Shown: positions 26,585 to 37,086 of the stretch, piece after piece
How positions within the stretch are numbered: position 1 is the stretch's first letter
How the letters are laid out: each line of letters begins with the position of its first letter
Assembly (NCBI GenBank): GCA_027340875.1
Contig: DAIENX010000007.1
Span: forward strand, 129,871 to 193,870
Origin: Elusimicrobiota bacterium
GTDB taxonomy: Bacteria > Elusimicrobiota > Elusimicrobia > Elusimicrobiales > UBA9959
DNA: 64,000 nucleotides
Direction: 5' to 3'
The notes under the pieces: generated by a model
What the model saw: the letters and a program-made list of their open reading frames with translations, nothing else
Told to the model about the DNA's origin: nothing
The model's database searches: none
Translations under genes and position numbers: made by a program

Positions 26585-29150
26585 GCCGCTTCTTCCAGTC
26601 GCTTATCACGGAGAGAGCCTGCAGCGGCGTCATGTTGTCGGCGTCGCACATCTTCAGCTCGTCGAGCACCGGATGGCCGGAGAAGATTGGCAGCAGCGGC
26701 GTCTGGTTCTCGTCCCTGGACTCCACCTGGATGTTCCCCTTCGTCTCCAGCGCGCGCAGGATCTCCCTGGCGCGCGCTATCGCGCTCTCCGGCAGGCCGG
26801 CCAGCTGGGCCACGTGGATGCCGTAGGACTTGTCGGCGGGTCCGTTCGAGATCTTATGCAGGAAGACGACCTCGGTCTTGCCGAGGGCGTTGGTCCATTC
26901 CTTCACGGCGATGTTGCAGTTCTTGATGCCGGCGAACTTCTCGGCCAGCTCGGTCAGCTCGAAATAATGGGTGGCGAACAGCACCTTGGGGCCGCCCTCC
27001 GGCTTGTAGAGGTGCTCCACCACCGCCCAGGCTATCGAGATGCCGTCGAACGTGGAGGTGCCGCGGCCGACCTCGTCGAGAAGTATCAGGCTCTTCGGGG
27101 TGGCCAGGCGCATGATGGCCGAGGTCTCGCGCATCTCCACCATGAACGTGGATTCGCCGCGCGCCATGCGGTCCTGCGCGCCTATCCGGGTCATGATGCG
27201 GTCCACCACGCCTATCTCGGCGGCGCGGGCCGGCACGAAAGAGCCGATCTGCGCCATGATCACCGCCACGGCGGCCTGGCGCAGGTAGACGCTCTTGCCG
27301 CTCATGTTGGGCCCGGTCAGTATGATCACGCGGGCGTCGGAATTCCCTATCTCCAGGTCGTTCGGGACGAAGGTCCCCGCGGGCAGGAAGCGCTCTACCG
27401 CCGGGTGGCGCCCCTCCTCTATCCTGAGGACGTCGCCGGAATTCACCCTGGGGCGGGAGAACTCGTAGCGCACCGCGCTCTCGGCCAGCGCGTAGAAGAC
27501 GTCCAGCTCTGCCGCGCCGTTGGCGAAGGTCTTCAGCTCGCCGAGAGAGGCCTTCACCTTTTCCCGCAGGGCGCAGAAGAGATGCGTCTCCAGCTTGGAC
27601 ATCTTCTCCTCGGCGCCGAGGATCTTGTTCTCGAGGGTCTTCAGGTCCTCGGTTATGTAGCGCTCGGCGTTGACCAGCGTCTGCTTGCGCACGAAATAAT
27701 GGGGTACCTTCTGCGACTGCGCCTTGGAGACCTCGATGTAGTAGCCGAAGACGCTGTTGTAGCCCACTTTCAGGGTGGGGATGCCTGTCTTCTCCTTCTC
27801 CCTCAGCTCGATGTCGGTCAGCAGTTTCTGGCTGTCGCGGCGGACCAGGCGCAGCTCGTCGAGATCGTCGCTGTAGGCCTCGCGTATGACTCCGCCGTCG
27901 GACAGCCGCGCGGGCGGGTTCTCCGCCAGCGCGCGCTCGAGCTCCGCCCGCAGGCCGTTAAGCGCGTGAGAGGCGGCGTCCAGGCGCGCGGCCAGTTCCG
28001 GAGCGCGCTCGAAGAAGCCGGCGGAGCTGAGCAGCAGCTTCAGGCGCGGCAGCTGCGTAAGGGCCTTGCGCACGGCGCCGAGGTCGCGCGGGGAGGCGGA
28101 AAGGTTTATCACCCGGCCAAGCAGGCGCTCGACGTCGGGCACCTGGGAGAGGATGTCGCCCAGCTGCTCGCGCGCCTCGCGGTTCTCGGCCAGGAAGGCG
28201 GTGAAGTCCTGGCGGGAATGTATCTCGCGCAGGTCCGTCAGCGGCTCCAGCAGCCAGCGGCGCAGCATCCGCGAGCCCATCGAAGTGCGGCACAGGTCCA
28301 GCACGCCCCAGAGCGTCTTGGAGTCGTCGCCGTCGGGAGAGGAGACAAGCTCCAGCGTCTTGATCGCGGACTCGTCGAGCTGCAGGCGGTTGGACGGCTC
28401 GTGGTAGGAAGGCGCGAACACCTCCTTCAGGCCCGGCTGGGTCTGGCGCACGTAGGAGACGGCCCGCAGGGCGGTCTGCATGGCCAGCTTGTGGTTCTGC
28501 CACACCGGCTGCGAGGCCCAGTCAGGAGTATGGGCGTCCTCGCCGTGGTACTCGGTCAGCGGCACGGAACCGAAGTCCAGCCCCCGCCTCCTTATCTCCT
28601 TGATAGTCTTCGGGCCGGCTATTATCTCGGCCGGAGCTGTCTTGGAGACGTACGAGAGCAGCTGGTACAGGTCCGGGTCGTTGAGGTTCTGCGTGGCCAG
28701 GAAATCCCCGGTGGAGGCGTCGAAGGACGCGAGGCCCCAGCCGACGATGTCCAGCTCCAGCGCCACCAGGTAGCGGCTGGTCCTCGGCTGCAGCAATTCG
28801 TCCTCCACCACGGTCCCCGGGGTTATCAGGCGCACGACCTCGCGCTTGAACAGCTTGGTCTTCTTCGCGTCGCCGGAGGGGGCGACCTGCTCGCAGATGG
28901 CCACCTTGTGGCCGGCCGCCAGCAGGCGGGCGATATAGTTGGTGGCCGAATGGTGCGGCACGCCGCACATCGGCACGCTCTGCCGGGCGGTGAGCGTCAG
29001 GCCCAGCTCGGAGCTGGCGGCCTTGGCATCGTCGAAGAAGAGCTCGTAGAAATCTCCCAGCCTGAAGAACAGCAGCGCGTGGGGATAGGACTTCTTCAGC
29101 GCCTGGTACTGCTGCATCAGCGGGGTTTCGGGTGTTTCAACCTGTGTCAT
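26574..29150 (-). CDS. mutS: DNA mismatch repair protein MutS
   Basis: TPLMQQY, GDFYELF, TGPNMSGKS, STFMVEM, DEVGRGTST, SYGIHVA. Confidence 0.98.
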   Translation of the reverse strand: MTQVETPETPLMQQYQALKKSYPHALLFFRLGDFYELFFDDAKAASSELGLTLTARQSVPMCGVPHHSATNYIARLLAAGHKVAICEQVAPSGDAKKTKLFKREVVRLITPGTVVEDELLQPRTSRYLVALELDIVGWGLASFDASTGDFLATQNLNDPDLYQLLSYVSKTAPAEIIAGPKTIKEIRRRGLDFGSVPLTEYHGEDAHTPDWASQPVWQNHKLAMQTALRAVSYVRQTQPGLKEVFAPSYHEPSNRLQLDESAIKTLELVSSPDGDDSKTLWGVLDLCRTSMGSRMLRRWLLEPLTDLREIHSRQDFTAFLAENREAREQLGDILSQVPDVERLLGRVINLSASPRDLGAVRKALTQLPRLKLLLSSAGFFERAPELAARLDAASHALNGLRAELERALAENPPARLSDGGVIREAYSDDLDELRLVRRDSQKLLTDIELREKEKTGIPTLKVGYNSVFGYYIEVSKAQSQKVPHYFVRKQTLVNAERYITEDLKTLENKILGAEEKMSKLETHLFCALREKVKASLGELKTFANGAAELDVFYALAESAVRYEFSRPRVNSGDVLRIEEGRHPAVERFLPAGTFVPNDLEIGNSDARVIILTGPNMSGKSVYLRQAAVAVIMAQIGSFVPARAAEIGVVDRIMTRIGAQDRMARGESTFMVEMRETSAIMRLATPKSLILLDEVGRGTSTFDGISIAWAVVEHLYKPEGGPKVLFATHYFELTELAEKFAGIKNCNIAVKEWTNALGKTEVVFLHKISNGPADKSYGIHVAQLAGLPESAIARAREILRALETKGNIQVESRDENQTPLLPIFSGHPVLDELKMCDADNMTPLQALSVISDWKKRLKD

Positions 29151-29214
29151 ATGGTCAGATAAGGAGGCCCGGCCGCCGCGCGGCCGCCTGAAGATAAGCG
29201 CCGGGAACGGCGCG

Positions 29215-30192
29215 CTACTGCCGGGTATATTGTATCAAAAGCTCTTCGGCTTCTTTAAGTGTTTTGAGCTTCATGAACGCGCCGCGGGCGCCGGCGGCGC
29301 CGGGCAGTCCCTTGAGCCAGTAGCCGACCAGTTTGCGGGCGCGCGCCAGGCCGTGTTCCTCGCCGTAGATGCCGGCGTTCAGCTCCAGGAAGCGCAGGAA
29401 GAGCTTGATGCGGTCGGCGTCCGACGGCGGAGGGGCGTCCCTGCCGGAAAGTCCGGCCGCTATCTCGGCGAAGACGGCGGGGTTGAAGACCGCGGCCCGG
29501 CCCACCGCCACTCCGGCGCAGCCGGCCTCGAGCATCGCGCGGGCCTGCGCGGCCCCCTCCACGCCGCCGTTGCCGAAAACAGGGACCTTCACCGCGGCCG
29601 CGGTAGCGGCCATGTGATCCAGATTGACCGGACCCGAGTGGAACTGCGAGGCCGGCCGGCCGTGCAGCGTTATCGCCGAGGCCCCGGCCTCCTCGCAGGC
29701 GCGGGCGAGCAGCGGCCCCAGGTTGGCGCCTTCCTCCAGTCCGGTCCTGAACTTCACCGTGACCGGCACCTTCACGCTTTTCACCATGCGCGAGACGATG
29801 TCCGCCAACAGCATGGGCGCGCGCATCAGCTCGGCCCCCGCGCCGGAGCGGCGCACCTTCTTGACCGGGCAGCCGGCGTTCACGTCCACCATGTCGGCCC
29901 CGGCGCGTTCGGCGGCCTGGGCGGCCAGCGCCATCGAGGCCGGGTCGGCCCCGAAGATCTGTATCGCGGCAGGATGCTCCCCGGGGAGCAGCTCCAGCAT
30001 TTTGAACGACTTCTTGTTGCCGTACTTGAGGCTTTCGGCCGAGACCATCTCGGTCACGACCAGGCCGGCCCCGCCGCCGGCGGCGAGGATGCGGAAGGCC
30101 GCGTTGGTTATGCCGGCCATAGGGGCCAGCGCCAGATTGTTGGATAATCGGACCGCGCCTATGCGCAGCGGACGCAGGAGTCGCTCTGTCAC
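29215..30192 (-). CDS. dusB: tRNA-dihydrouridine synthase (DusB type)
   Basis: LAPMAGIT, TEMVS, NAGCP, LHGR, GNGG. Confidence 0.9.
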   Translation of the reverse strand: MTERLLRPLRIGAVRLSNNLALAPMAGITNAAFRILAAGGGAGLVVTEMVSAESLKYGNKKSFKMLELLPGEHPAAIQIFGADPASMALAAQAAERAGADMVDVNAGCPVKKVRRSGAGAELMRAPMLLADIVSRMVKSVKVPVTVKFRTGLEEGANLGPLLARACEEAGASAITLHGRPASQFHSGPVNLDHMAATAAAVKVPVFGNGGVEGAAQARAMLEAGCAGVAVGRAAVFNPAVFAEIAAGLSGRDAPPPSDADRIKLFLRFLELNAGIYGEEHGLARARKLVGYWLKGLPGAAGARGAFMKLKTLKEAEELLIQYTRQ

Positions 30193-30974
30193 GGGTTTAC
30201 GGAATAACTGCCGTCATGGGCCAGGAAAAAATCCCTCGGGGCGCGGCGGAAGACCGGGTCGGTCTCGCTGCGCGGGGCGCCGGCCTTCCTCAGTACGTCG
30301 AGCTGGAACGAGAAGGCCTTGTCCTCCACGGCCAGCACGGAGTCCAGTGCCTTGTAGTCGAACACCATCGGATTGGCCTCCACCTGCAGGTCGCTCTTCT
30401 GGCCCGGCGGCGGCACCTTGCCGCCCGTCTTCCTCCGGCGGCTCATCGCATAGGCGGCGTGCCAGGCCTGGTGGGCTATGATGCCCGCGCACCAGGTGAC
30501 CGACCTGTAGGCCTGCGCGTCCGACATGGCCGCCACCGGCACGCCGTTCTCCATGTAGAAGCCGGTCTTGTTCTCGCTGCGGATCACGTAGAGGTTCCGC
30601 CTGATGAAAAGGAAGGTGTCGCGGTCCGAGCTCCAGATGAGCTTCAGGGCGTTGGTGACCTGGCGCTTGAACTCCGCGGAGCCCTGTATGTCCAGTCCCG
30701 CGCGGGGGTCATAGGCGTCCGGTATGCGCGCGGCGGCCACGCCCTCCCCTTCAGCCTCCGCAGGGGCCGGGGAGGCCGGCGCCTCCGGGGTCGCGCCGGC
30801 GGCGGACGGAGCAGCCTGGCCGAAGATCTTGGCGCCGGCCGGCACCGACGCCGCCTCCTGGGCGGGCCGGCGCACCTGCACGAAATACCAGACCGCCCCG
30901 CCCAGCAGCAGCAACGGCAGCAGGGCCAGCACCTTGCGCGTCAGGAATAAGCTTTTGTGTTCGCCGTCGCTCAT
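30189..30974 (-). CDS. Membrane-anchored hypothetical protein with degenerate zincin motif HQAWH
   Basis: N-terminal TM, Pro/Ala linker, WCAGIIAHQAWHA helix. Confidence 0.7.
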   Translation of the reverse strand: MSDGEHKSLFLTRKVLALLPLLLLGGAVWYFVQVRRPAQEAASVPAGAKIFGQAAPSAAGATPEAPASPAPAEAEGEGVAAARIPDAYDPRAGLDIQGSAEFKRQVTNALKLIWSSDRDTFLFIRRNLYVIRSENKTGFYMENGVPVAAMSDAQAYRSVTWCAGIIAHQAWHAAYAMSRRRKTGGKVPPPGQKSDLQVEANPMVFDYKALDSVLAVEDKAFSFQLDVLRKAGAPRSETDPVFRRAPRDFFLAHDGSYSVNP

Positions 30975-31044
30975 ACCGTGGCACCTAAAAGCGAGAAGCG
31001 AAAAGAGGCAGGCCCCTTTCCGCCCCGCGATCCGTCCGCAGCGC

Positions 31045-31446
31045 CTACTTCAGCGCTTTCAGATAGGATTTGTAGAAGGCCTGCAGTTCGCTGTCCGGGT
31101 CCTGGAACTCCAGGATGTGCTTCCTGCAGCCGCGGCGGGAGCAGATCTGCACCTGACCGCCGGCCTTCAGATCGAAGGCGACCATCTGGGAACCGCACGC
31201 GTCGCATTTGCGGGTGCTCTTCAGGTCGGCATCGCAGTGGGGGCAGCGGAAGCCGGCCACCTTGCCGACCGGCATGTTAAGGGAGGTCTCGACCTGGTAG
31301 CTGCCATAGAGGGAGCTGAGGTAGAGGGGGGCATGCTTGCCGGCATAGGTAAGATTGACCTCGATGGCCTTGGCGTCGTCCAGCTTCTTGGACGCGCTCA
31401 TGAGGGATTTGCCGCAATGCGGGCACTTTACGGATACGCTCAACAT
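31045..31446 (-). CDS. Cys-rich multi-zinc-ribbon hypothetical protein
   Basis: CPHC x2, CDAC, CSRRGCRKH; SD GGAGGT. Confidence 0.8.
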   Translation of the reverse strand: MLSVSVKCPHCGKSLMSASKKLDDAKAIEVNLTYAGKHAPLYLSSLYGSYQVETSLNMPVGKVAGFRCPHCDADLKSTRKCDACGSQMVAFDLKAGGQVQICSRRGCRKHILEFQDPDSELQAFYKSYLKALK

Positions 31447-31512
31447 AGGGACCTCCGGTACGGACCGTTCTTACGGTCCTTTGACAGCCTCCTATGATAT
31501 CAAATTCGCCGA

Positions 31513-33465
31513 TTATTCGTAACGGAGGGCTTCGATGGGCGAAAGCTCGGAGGCCTTCCTGGCCGGCCAGAAGCCGAAGACCACGCCCACCCCGGCCGAG
31601 AAGCCGAAAGCGAGCCCGACGGAGGCGGGGGAGATGTAGATGGCCCAGCCGGCCAGCTTGGAAAGTATCACGGACGCGCCGGCGCCCAACAGTATGCCTA
31701 TGATGCCGCCGGTCACCGAGACTATGATGGCCTCTATCAGGAACTGCAGCAGGATTGCCTTTTTCGTCGCACCGATGGCCTTGCGCAGGCCGATCTCGCG
31801 GGTGCGTTCGCTGACGCTGACCAGCATGATGTTCATGATGCCGATGCCGCCGACCACGAGCGAGATGCCGGCGATGAACCCGAGCAGCAGGCTGAAGGTC
31901 TTGACGGTGCCGCTGAGCATGGACTGCAGGTCGGCCATGTTCATGACCGAGACCGGGTCCTCCTTCCAGGCGGGGGTCCCCGTGCGCTTGCGCATCAGCT
32001 TCATGATGGCGTCCTGCACCTGCGGCATCAGTTTGTAGTCGGTTACCTCCACCCAGATGTTGTCCACGTACTGCTTGCCCAGCAGGATGCTCATCGCCGT
32101 GTTAAGCGGCACGAGGATAACGTCGTCCTGGTCGCGAAAACCGCCGGCGCCCTTCATCGGCAGCACGCCTATCACGCTGAAGTTCTTGCGGTTGATCTTG
32201 ATGGTCTTGCCCACCGGGTCCTCTGTCCCGAACAGGGTATTGGCCACCGTCTGGCCCACCAGGCAGACCCGCTTCAGCTCCCTATTCTCCTGCTCGGTGA
32301 AGAAACGTCCGTAATAGGCCTGCGAATTGCGCATCGAGGCGTAGATCGGCAGCGCGCCGGTGACCGTGGTCCTGGTATTCACCGCGTTGTAGACGGCCTG
32401 CACGCTGCCCTGCACGTTGCCGTCCACCTTGGTGACGTCCGGGACCTCTCGCTTTATGGCCTCGGCGTCGGCCATCGTCAGGCGGCTGACGGCTCCCCGG
32501 CCGAAAGAGGCCCCGCCGTGCTGCAGATTGCCGGGCATGATGCCCAGCAGGTTCGTGCCCAGCGAGGACATGCGCTCCTGGATGGACTTCTGCGCGCCGT
32601 ACCCCACCGCGAGCATGGTTATCAGGGCCGAGACGCCGATGATGATGCCCAGCATCGTCAGCAAAGAGCGGGTCTTGTTGGTGATGATGGAACTGAGGGC
32701 CGACTTCAGGTTCTCCCTCGCCTCGCGCCAGCTGAAGAAGAACGAGGAAGAGGCCCGCAGGCGGCTCTGCTCGGCGCTCCTGACCGCCTGGGACCGCTTC
32801 TTGACGCGGTCCTCCACTACGAGCCCGTCCCTGATCTTTATGATCCGGTCGGCCCATTCCGCGATGTCTGGCTCGTGAGTGACCAGTATTACGGTGATGC
32901 CCTGCCCGTTGAGCTTGCGGAAGATTCCCATGATCTCTTCGGCCTGCGCGCTGGCGAGGTTGCCGGTGGGCTCGTCGGCGAAGATGATCTTGGGGTCGTT
33001 GACCATGGAGCGGGCTATGGCCACGCGCTGCTGCTGGCCGCCGGACAGCTCGTTGGGGCGGTGCATCATGCGGTCGGAAAGCCCCACGCCGGCAAGGTGC
33101 TTAGGGGCGTTGGAGAGGTCGGGGTCGATCCCCAGGTAGATCTGCGGCAGGGCCACGTTCTCCAACGCGGTTATGCGCGACAGCAGATTGAACTGCTGGA
33201 AGACGAAGCCTATGATCCGGGCCCGCAGGTACGAGGTCTCGGCGTCGTCGAGCTCGGAGACCTCGCGGCCGAAGAGCCTGTAGGAGCCGGAGGCGGGCTT
33301 ATCCAGCAGACCGAGGATGTGCATCAGCGTCGACTTGCCGGAGCCCGACGGTCCCATGATGGCGACGAATTCGCCTTCCTTTATGGACAGGTCCACGCCG
33401 CGCAGCACCTCCAGCGGCTCGCCGCCCATCTCGTAGACCTTTCTAATGCCCTTCAACTCGATCAT
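31513..33465 (-). CDS. macB: MacB-type ABC transporter (fused ATPase-permease)
   Basis: [46 protein letters not shown]. Confidence 0.95.
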   Translation of the reverse strand: MIELKGIRKVYEMGGEPLEVLRGVDLSIKEGEFVAIMGPSGSGKSTLMHILGLLDKPASGSYRLFGREVSELDDAETSYLRARIIGFVFQQFNLLSRITALENVALPQIYLGIDPDLSNAPKHLAGVGLSDRMMHRPNELSGGQQQRVAIARSMVNDPKIIFADEPTGNLASAQAEEIMGIFRKLNGQGITVILVTHEPDIAEWADRIIKIRDGLVVEDRVKKRSQAVRSAEQSRLRASSSFFFSWREARENLKSALSSIITNKTRSLLTMLGIIIGVSALITMLAVGYGAQKSIQERMSSLGTNLLGIMPGNLQHGGASFGRGAVSRLTMADAEAIKREVPDVTKVDGNVQGSVQAVYNAVNTRTTVTGALPIYASMRNSQAYYGRFFTEQENRELKRVCLVGQTVANTLFGTEDPVGKTIKINRKNFSVIGVLPMKGAGGFRDQDDVILVPLNTAMSILLGKQYVDNIWVEVTDYKLMPQVQDAIMKLMRKRTGTPAWKEDPVSVMNMADLQSMLSGTVKTFSLLLGFIAGISLVVGGIGIMNIMLVSVSERTREIGLRKAIGATKKAILLQFLIEAIIVSVTGGIIGILLGAGASVILSKLAGWAIYISPASVGLAFGFSAGVGVVFGFWPARKASELSPIEALRYE

Positions 33466-33484
33466 AATGTCGGCCCGCGGGCTA

Positions 33485-34480
33485 TCAATGTCCGCGCACG
33501 GCCTGCCGCTGCTGGCGTGTCATATTGGGCCGGCCAGGCATCAGCGGGTTCCCGCCCTCGGCCTGCTGCGGCTTGTAGCCCCGCTGCTGGAAATAGACCT
33601 CGTCGCCGGCCTCCAGGCCGGAGGCGATCTCTATGCGGCCGCCGGACTCGGTGCCGGTCTCGACCCGCTGGTAGACCGGCTTGCCGTCCTTCAGAGCGGT
33701 GATGACCGCGGTGTTGCCGGAGGGGTCCACGGTAAGCGCCCGGGAGGGGATCATCACGGCGTGCTCGCGGCGCGAGACGACGATGCCTATGTTGGCCGTC
33801 ATCTGCGACTTGAAGAAGGCCGGCACGCTGTCCGGGCGTATCTTCACGCCGTAGGTGATAACGTTGGAAACGTTCTTTCCCTCGTCCAGGATCTGGAAGA
33901 CGCGGCCCGTGACGGGCCTGTCTGGGTAGGCGTCCAGGGTTATATTTGCGCGCTGCCCGACCTTCACCTTGCCGATGTCGGACTCGTCCACGCTGGCGGT
34001 GACTATCAGCTGGTCGGACATCGCGTAGAGCACCGTGGACGCGCCCACGGTCTGGCCCTCCACGACGTTCTTCAGGATTATGTTGCCTGCCAGCGGCGAC
34101 ATCACCTTTATCGGCTTGTAGGAATCCTGCCAATACCTGTACTGCTGGTCGCCCATCGAGCGGGCCGCGTCCAGGATGGCCACCCTGTCGGTGGAGCTCA
34201 TCAGCGCCAGCACGTCGCCGGCTTTGACCGGATCCCCTTCGTCAACCAGCAGCTTCTCTATGCGGCCGGAGGAGGGGGGAGTTATCTCCACCCTGTTGAG
34301 CGGCTCGACCTGGCCGGTGGTCTCCACGGTCTCGCGGAGGGCCTGCTCGCTGGCCTGCATCGAGACGTACTTCACCTCGCCGGCGGACTTGCCGCGGGCA
34401 AATAACCACCAGCCCGCCGCGCCCGCCAGAGCCACGGCGATGGCGGCGTATATCTTAGCGTAGGATCTCTTTGCGGTCAT
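33485..34480 (-). CDS. Periplasmic adaptor/membrane fusion protein (MacA-like, short hairpin)
   Basis: N-terminal TM, lipoyl-like halves GRIEKLLVDEGD, VDESDIGKVKVGQ. Confidence 0.9.
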   Translation of the reverse strand: MTAKRSYAKIYAAIAVALAGAAGWWLFARGKSAGEVKYVSMQASEQALRETVETTGQVEPLNRVEITPPSSGRIEKLLVDEGDPVKAGDVLALMSSTDRVAILDAARSMGDQQYRYWQDSYKPIKVMSPLAGNIILKNVVEGQTVGASTVLYAMSDQLIVTASVDESDIGKVKVGQRANITLDAYPDRPVTGRVFQILDEGKNVSNVITYGVKIRPDSVPAFFKSQMTANIGIVVSRREHAVMIPSRALTVDPSGNTAVITALKDGKPVYQRVETGTESGGRIEIASGLEAGDEVYFQQRGYKPQQAEGGNPLMPGRPNMTRQQRQAVRGH

Positions 34481-34502
34481 TTTCTTTCTCCGTTAAGCGG
34501 CG

Positions 34503-35759
34503 TCACTCTCCCAGCCCTACCCCGAGCAGGTTCTCCACCCCTATCCAGGCGACGTTGGCGTTCTTCAGGTAATTAAGCCGGTTGAGCTGCGAGTCCACCA
34601 GGCTCTGCTCTATGTTCTCCAGGTCTATGAAGCTGATCTGGCCGGCCTGGTAGTGTATCCTGGACTCTTCGTAGCGCTCATCGTTGGCCTTCAGCACGGC
34701 GTCTATGCTGCGGGCGCTGTCCGCGGCGTTCTGGTAGGAGTAATAGGAGCTGACTATGCTGTTCTCCAGGCGCTGCCTGGTGCTTCGCAGCGAATCCTCG
34801 CCGCTCTTCAGGGCCGACCTGGCCGCCTTGTTGTTGTCGGCGTAGTAGGTGGGCCCGTTCGAGAACAGCGGCAGGCTCAGGCTGAAGCCGAACGACCAGG
34901 AGCGGGTGCCGGGAAACTCCGAGTCGCCGGACCAGCTCACTCCCTGGCTGGCGCTCAGAGTGGGGAGAGCGTCGAACTTCGCGGAAAGGGAGCGCTCCTT
35001 AAGTATCTCGAGGCTCTTCTTCTGCGACGCTATCTGCGGTATCTGCTCTATCCTGGCCCTGATGCCGGACAGCTCCAGCTTCTCGTCCGGCAGCGCCAGG
35101 TCGTCCTTGGCCGTCAGCGGCACGTAGTCGGCGCTGCCCATGGCGTTGAGCAGGTCGCGGCGGGCGGAGTCCACCGAGCGCTCCGCCCTGGCTATGTCGG
35201 ATTTGGCCTGGGCGGCCAGCGCCGCGGAGTACAGCATGTTTCCGCGCGACTCCATGCCGCTGGCGTACTTCAGGCTTATCAGGCCGGCGTTCTGCTCGCG
35301 TATCTCCTGTATGCGCCTCTGGGCCTTCAGATTGGCCTGGGCGTATATCAGGTTGAGGAAGGCCGTGGAAAGCGACTGCCTGATAGAGGCGGACCTGTCG
35401 CGATAGTCCTCCTCGGCCTTCTCGAAGCTGAGGCGGGAGGAGCGGATGGAGGAGTAGGACCTGAGGTCGAAGAGCTTCTCGCTGGCCGAGATGCCCGCCC
35501 CCCAGCGGCTGGAAGGGGAGGCGGCCTGGCCGCCGCTGCGACTGAACGAATGGGACAGGCCTATCTGGGGATATAAGGAATTGAGGCCGGCCATGTACGA
35601 GTACTTGGCCTGCTCCACGGAATTCCTTTGGGCGGAAAGGTCCGGGTTGTTCTTCAGCGCTATCTCTACGCATTCCCGCCAGGTTATCCCGGTCTGGATC
35701 TCGGCCGCGAAGGCGGCCGGCGGCAGGGCCGCCAGGAACAGTATAAGCAGTTGCCTCAT
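34503..35759 (-). CDS. TolC-family outer membrane protein
   Basis: Signal peptide, ALKNNPDL, YQAGQISFIDL; operon with adaptor and MacB. Confidence 0.88.
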   Translation of the reverse strand: MRQLLILFLAALPPAAFAAEIQTGITWRECVEIALKNNPDLSAQRNSVEQAKYSYMAGLNSLYPQIGLSHSFSRSGGQAASPSSRWGAGISASEKLFDLRSYSSIRSSRLSFEKAEEDYRDRSASIRQSLSTAFLNLIYAQANLKAQRRIQEIREQNAGLISLKYASGMESRGNMLYSAALAAQAKSDIARAERSVDSARRDLLNAMGSADYVPLTAKDDLALPDEKLELSGIRARIEQIPQIASQKKSLEILKERSLSAKFDALPTLSASQGVSWSGDSEFPGTRSWSFGFSLSLPLFSNGPTYYADNNKAARSALKSGEDSLRSTRQRLENSIVSSYYSYQNAADSARSIDAVLKANDERYEESRIHYQAGQISFIDLENIEQSLVDSQLNRLNYLKNANVAWIGVENLLGVGLGE

Positions 35760-35919
35760 ATACGCTTAACGCGGCGGGCCTTCTTTTTATTGCTCCCGCC
35801 TCCTCCGTTTTTATACCTGGCGGCAAGGCTTCGCACCGGAATCAACTCCGACGGACGGTCATATTGTTCCGTTGCGAGGCCCAAGTATACAGGATGCTGA
35901 CCACGCGGTCGACATGAGG

Positions 35920-37077
35920 CTATTTCAGCTTTTCCTGCCCGGAGAAGCTGCGGCCGAGGCCGAAGCCGGCCAGGATGGCCTTGTCGTCCTCTCCGGCGGC
36001 GCCGGCCATATGCGCGGCCAGCGCCTCGCCCAGGCCGGGCCCCAGCATGAAGCCCTGGCCGCACATGCCCACGGCCAGCACGTATCCCTTGAGCGTCTCC
36101 GGGAAGTCCACGACAGGGAAGCCGTCGGGGGTCATCGGGTAGAGGCCGCGCCAGGTGCGCCGCACCTTCAGGTTGGCCAGGGCGGGGAAGAGTGATACCA
36201 TACGGCGGGAGACCTCCGGCAGGAAGTCGGAGGTGGAGCGCCGGTCGTGCCCCCAGACCGGCGGCTGCGGGGTCAGGCAGAAGATCACCGGCCCCTCGTG
36301 GTTCTGATAGAAATAGTAATTCTTCGACTTCTCTCCGGGGCGGATGTCCACCACCATCGGATCGAAGAAGCGCTCCGCCGGCTCCGTGACCCCGGCTTCG
36401 TGGCAGTCCGGGTTCACCGGCACTTCCACCCCGGCCAGGCTGGAGACCGCGGCAGCGTCCGCTCCCGCCGCGTTGACCACGAACCTGGCCCAGTATTCTC
36501 CGCCGGTGGTCCTGACTCCGGCCGCGGCGCCGCCCTGGACTATTATGCCCGTAACGGTCTCGCGGAAGCGGAATTCCGCCCCGAGCTTTACGGCCCGCCG
36601 GTAGAAGGCGTTCACGGACAGCAGCGGCGAGGCGGAACCGTCTCCGGGGGAATACGTGCCGCCGCGCAGGTCCTTTTCCGCTATGCCGGGCACCAGCTCC
36701 TTCACGCGTTCCGGGGATATCCAGTCTATGTCCAGGCCGAAGCCTTTCTGGACCCTCAGCAGCTCCTTCAGCACGCGCTCGTCGTTCTCGGTATATACGG
36801 GGAACAGGTAGCCGCCCCGTATCCAGCCTATGTCGTCGCCGTGTTTCCTCTTCCAGGTGGAGAAGATCTCTATGCTGCGCAGGCCCGCCTTTATCTTGGA
36901 GCCGTCGGAGTGGGTGGCCCTGATGCCGCCGATAGCGCACTTGTTCTGCCCCTGCCCGGGAGAGGCCTCCTTGTCCAGCACCAGCGCCTTCAGGCCGCGC
37001 TCGGCCAATGACATGGCCAGCGGCACGCCCACGCTGCCGGCCCCGATGATGATAGCGTCGTATTTCGTCTTTGACAT
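35920..37077 (-). CDS. FAD-dependent oxidoreductase (sarcosine oxidase beta / dye-linked proline dehydrogenase beta-like)
   Basis: IIIGAGSVG, VVNAAG, WRGLYPMTPDG, GQGFMLGPG. Confidence 0.88.
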   Translation of the reverse strand: MSKTKYDAIIIGAGSVGVPLAMSLAERGLKALVLDKEASPGQGQNKCAIGGIRATHSDGSKIKAGLRSIEIFSTWKRKHGDDIGWIRGGYLFPVYTENDERVLKELLRVQKGFGLDIDWISPERVKELVPGIAEKDLRGGTYSPGDGSASPLLSVNAFYRRAVKLGAEFRFRETVTGIIVQGGAAAGVRTTGGEYWARFVVNAAGADAAAVSSLAGVEVPVNPDCHEAGVTEPAERFFDPMVVDIRPGEKSKNYYFYQNHEGPVIFCLTPQPPVWGHDRRSTSDFLPEVSRRMVSLFPALANLKVRRTWRGLYPMTPDGFPVVDFPETLKGYVLAVGMCGQGFMLGPGLGEALAAHMAGAAGEDDKAILAGFGLGRSFSGQEKLK

Positions 37078-37086
37078 ACGCGACCC

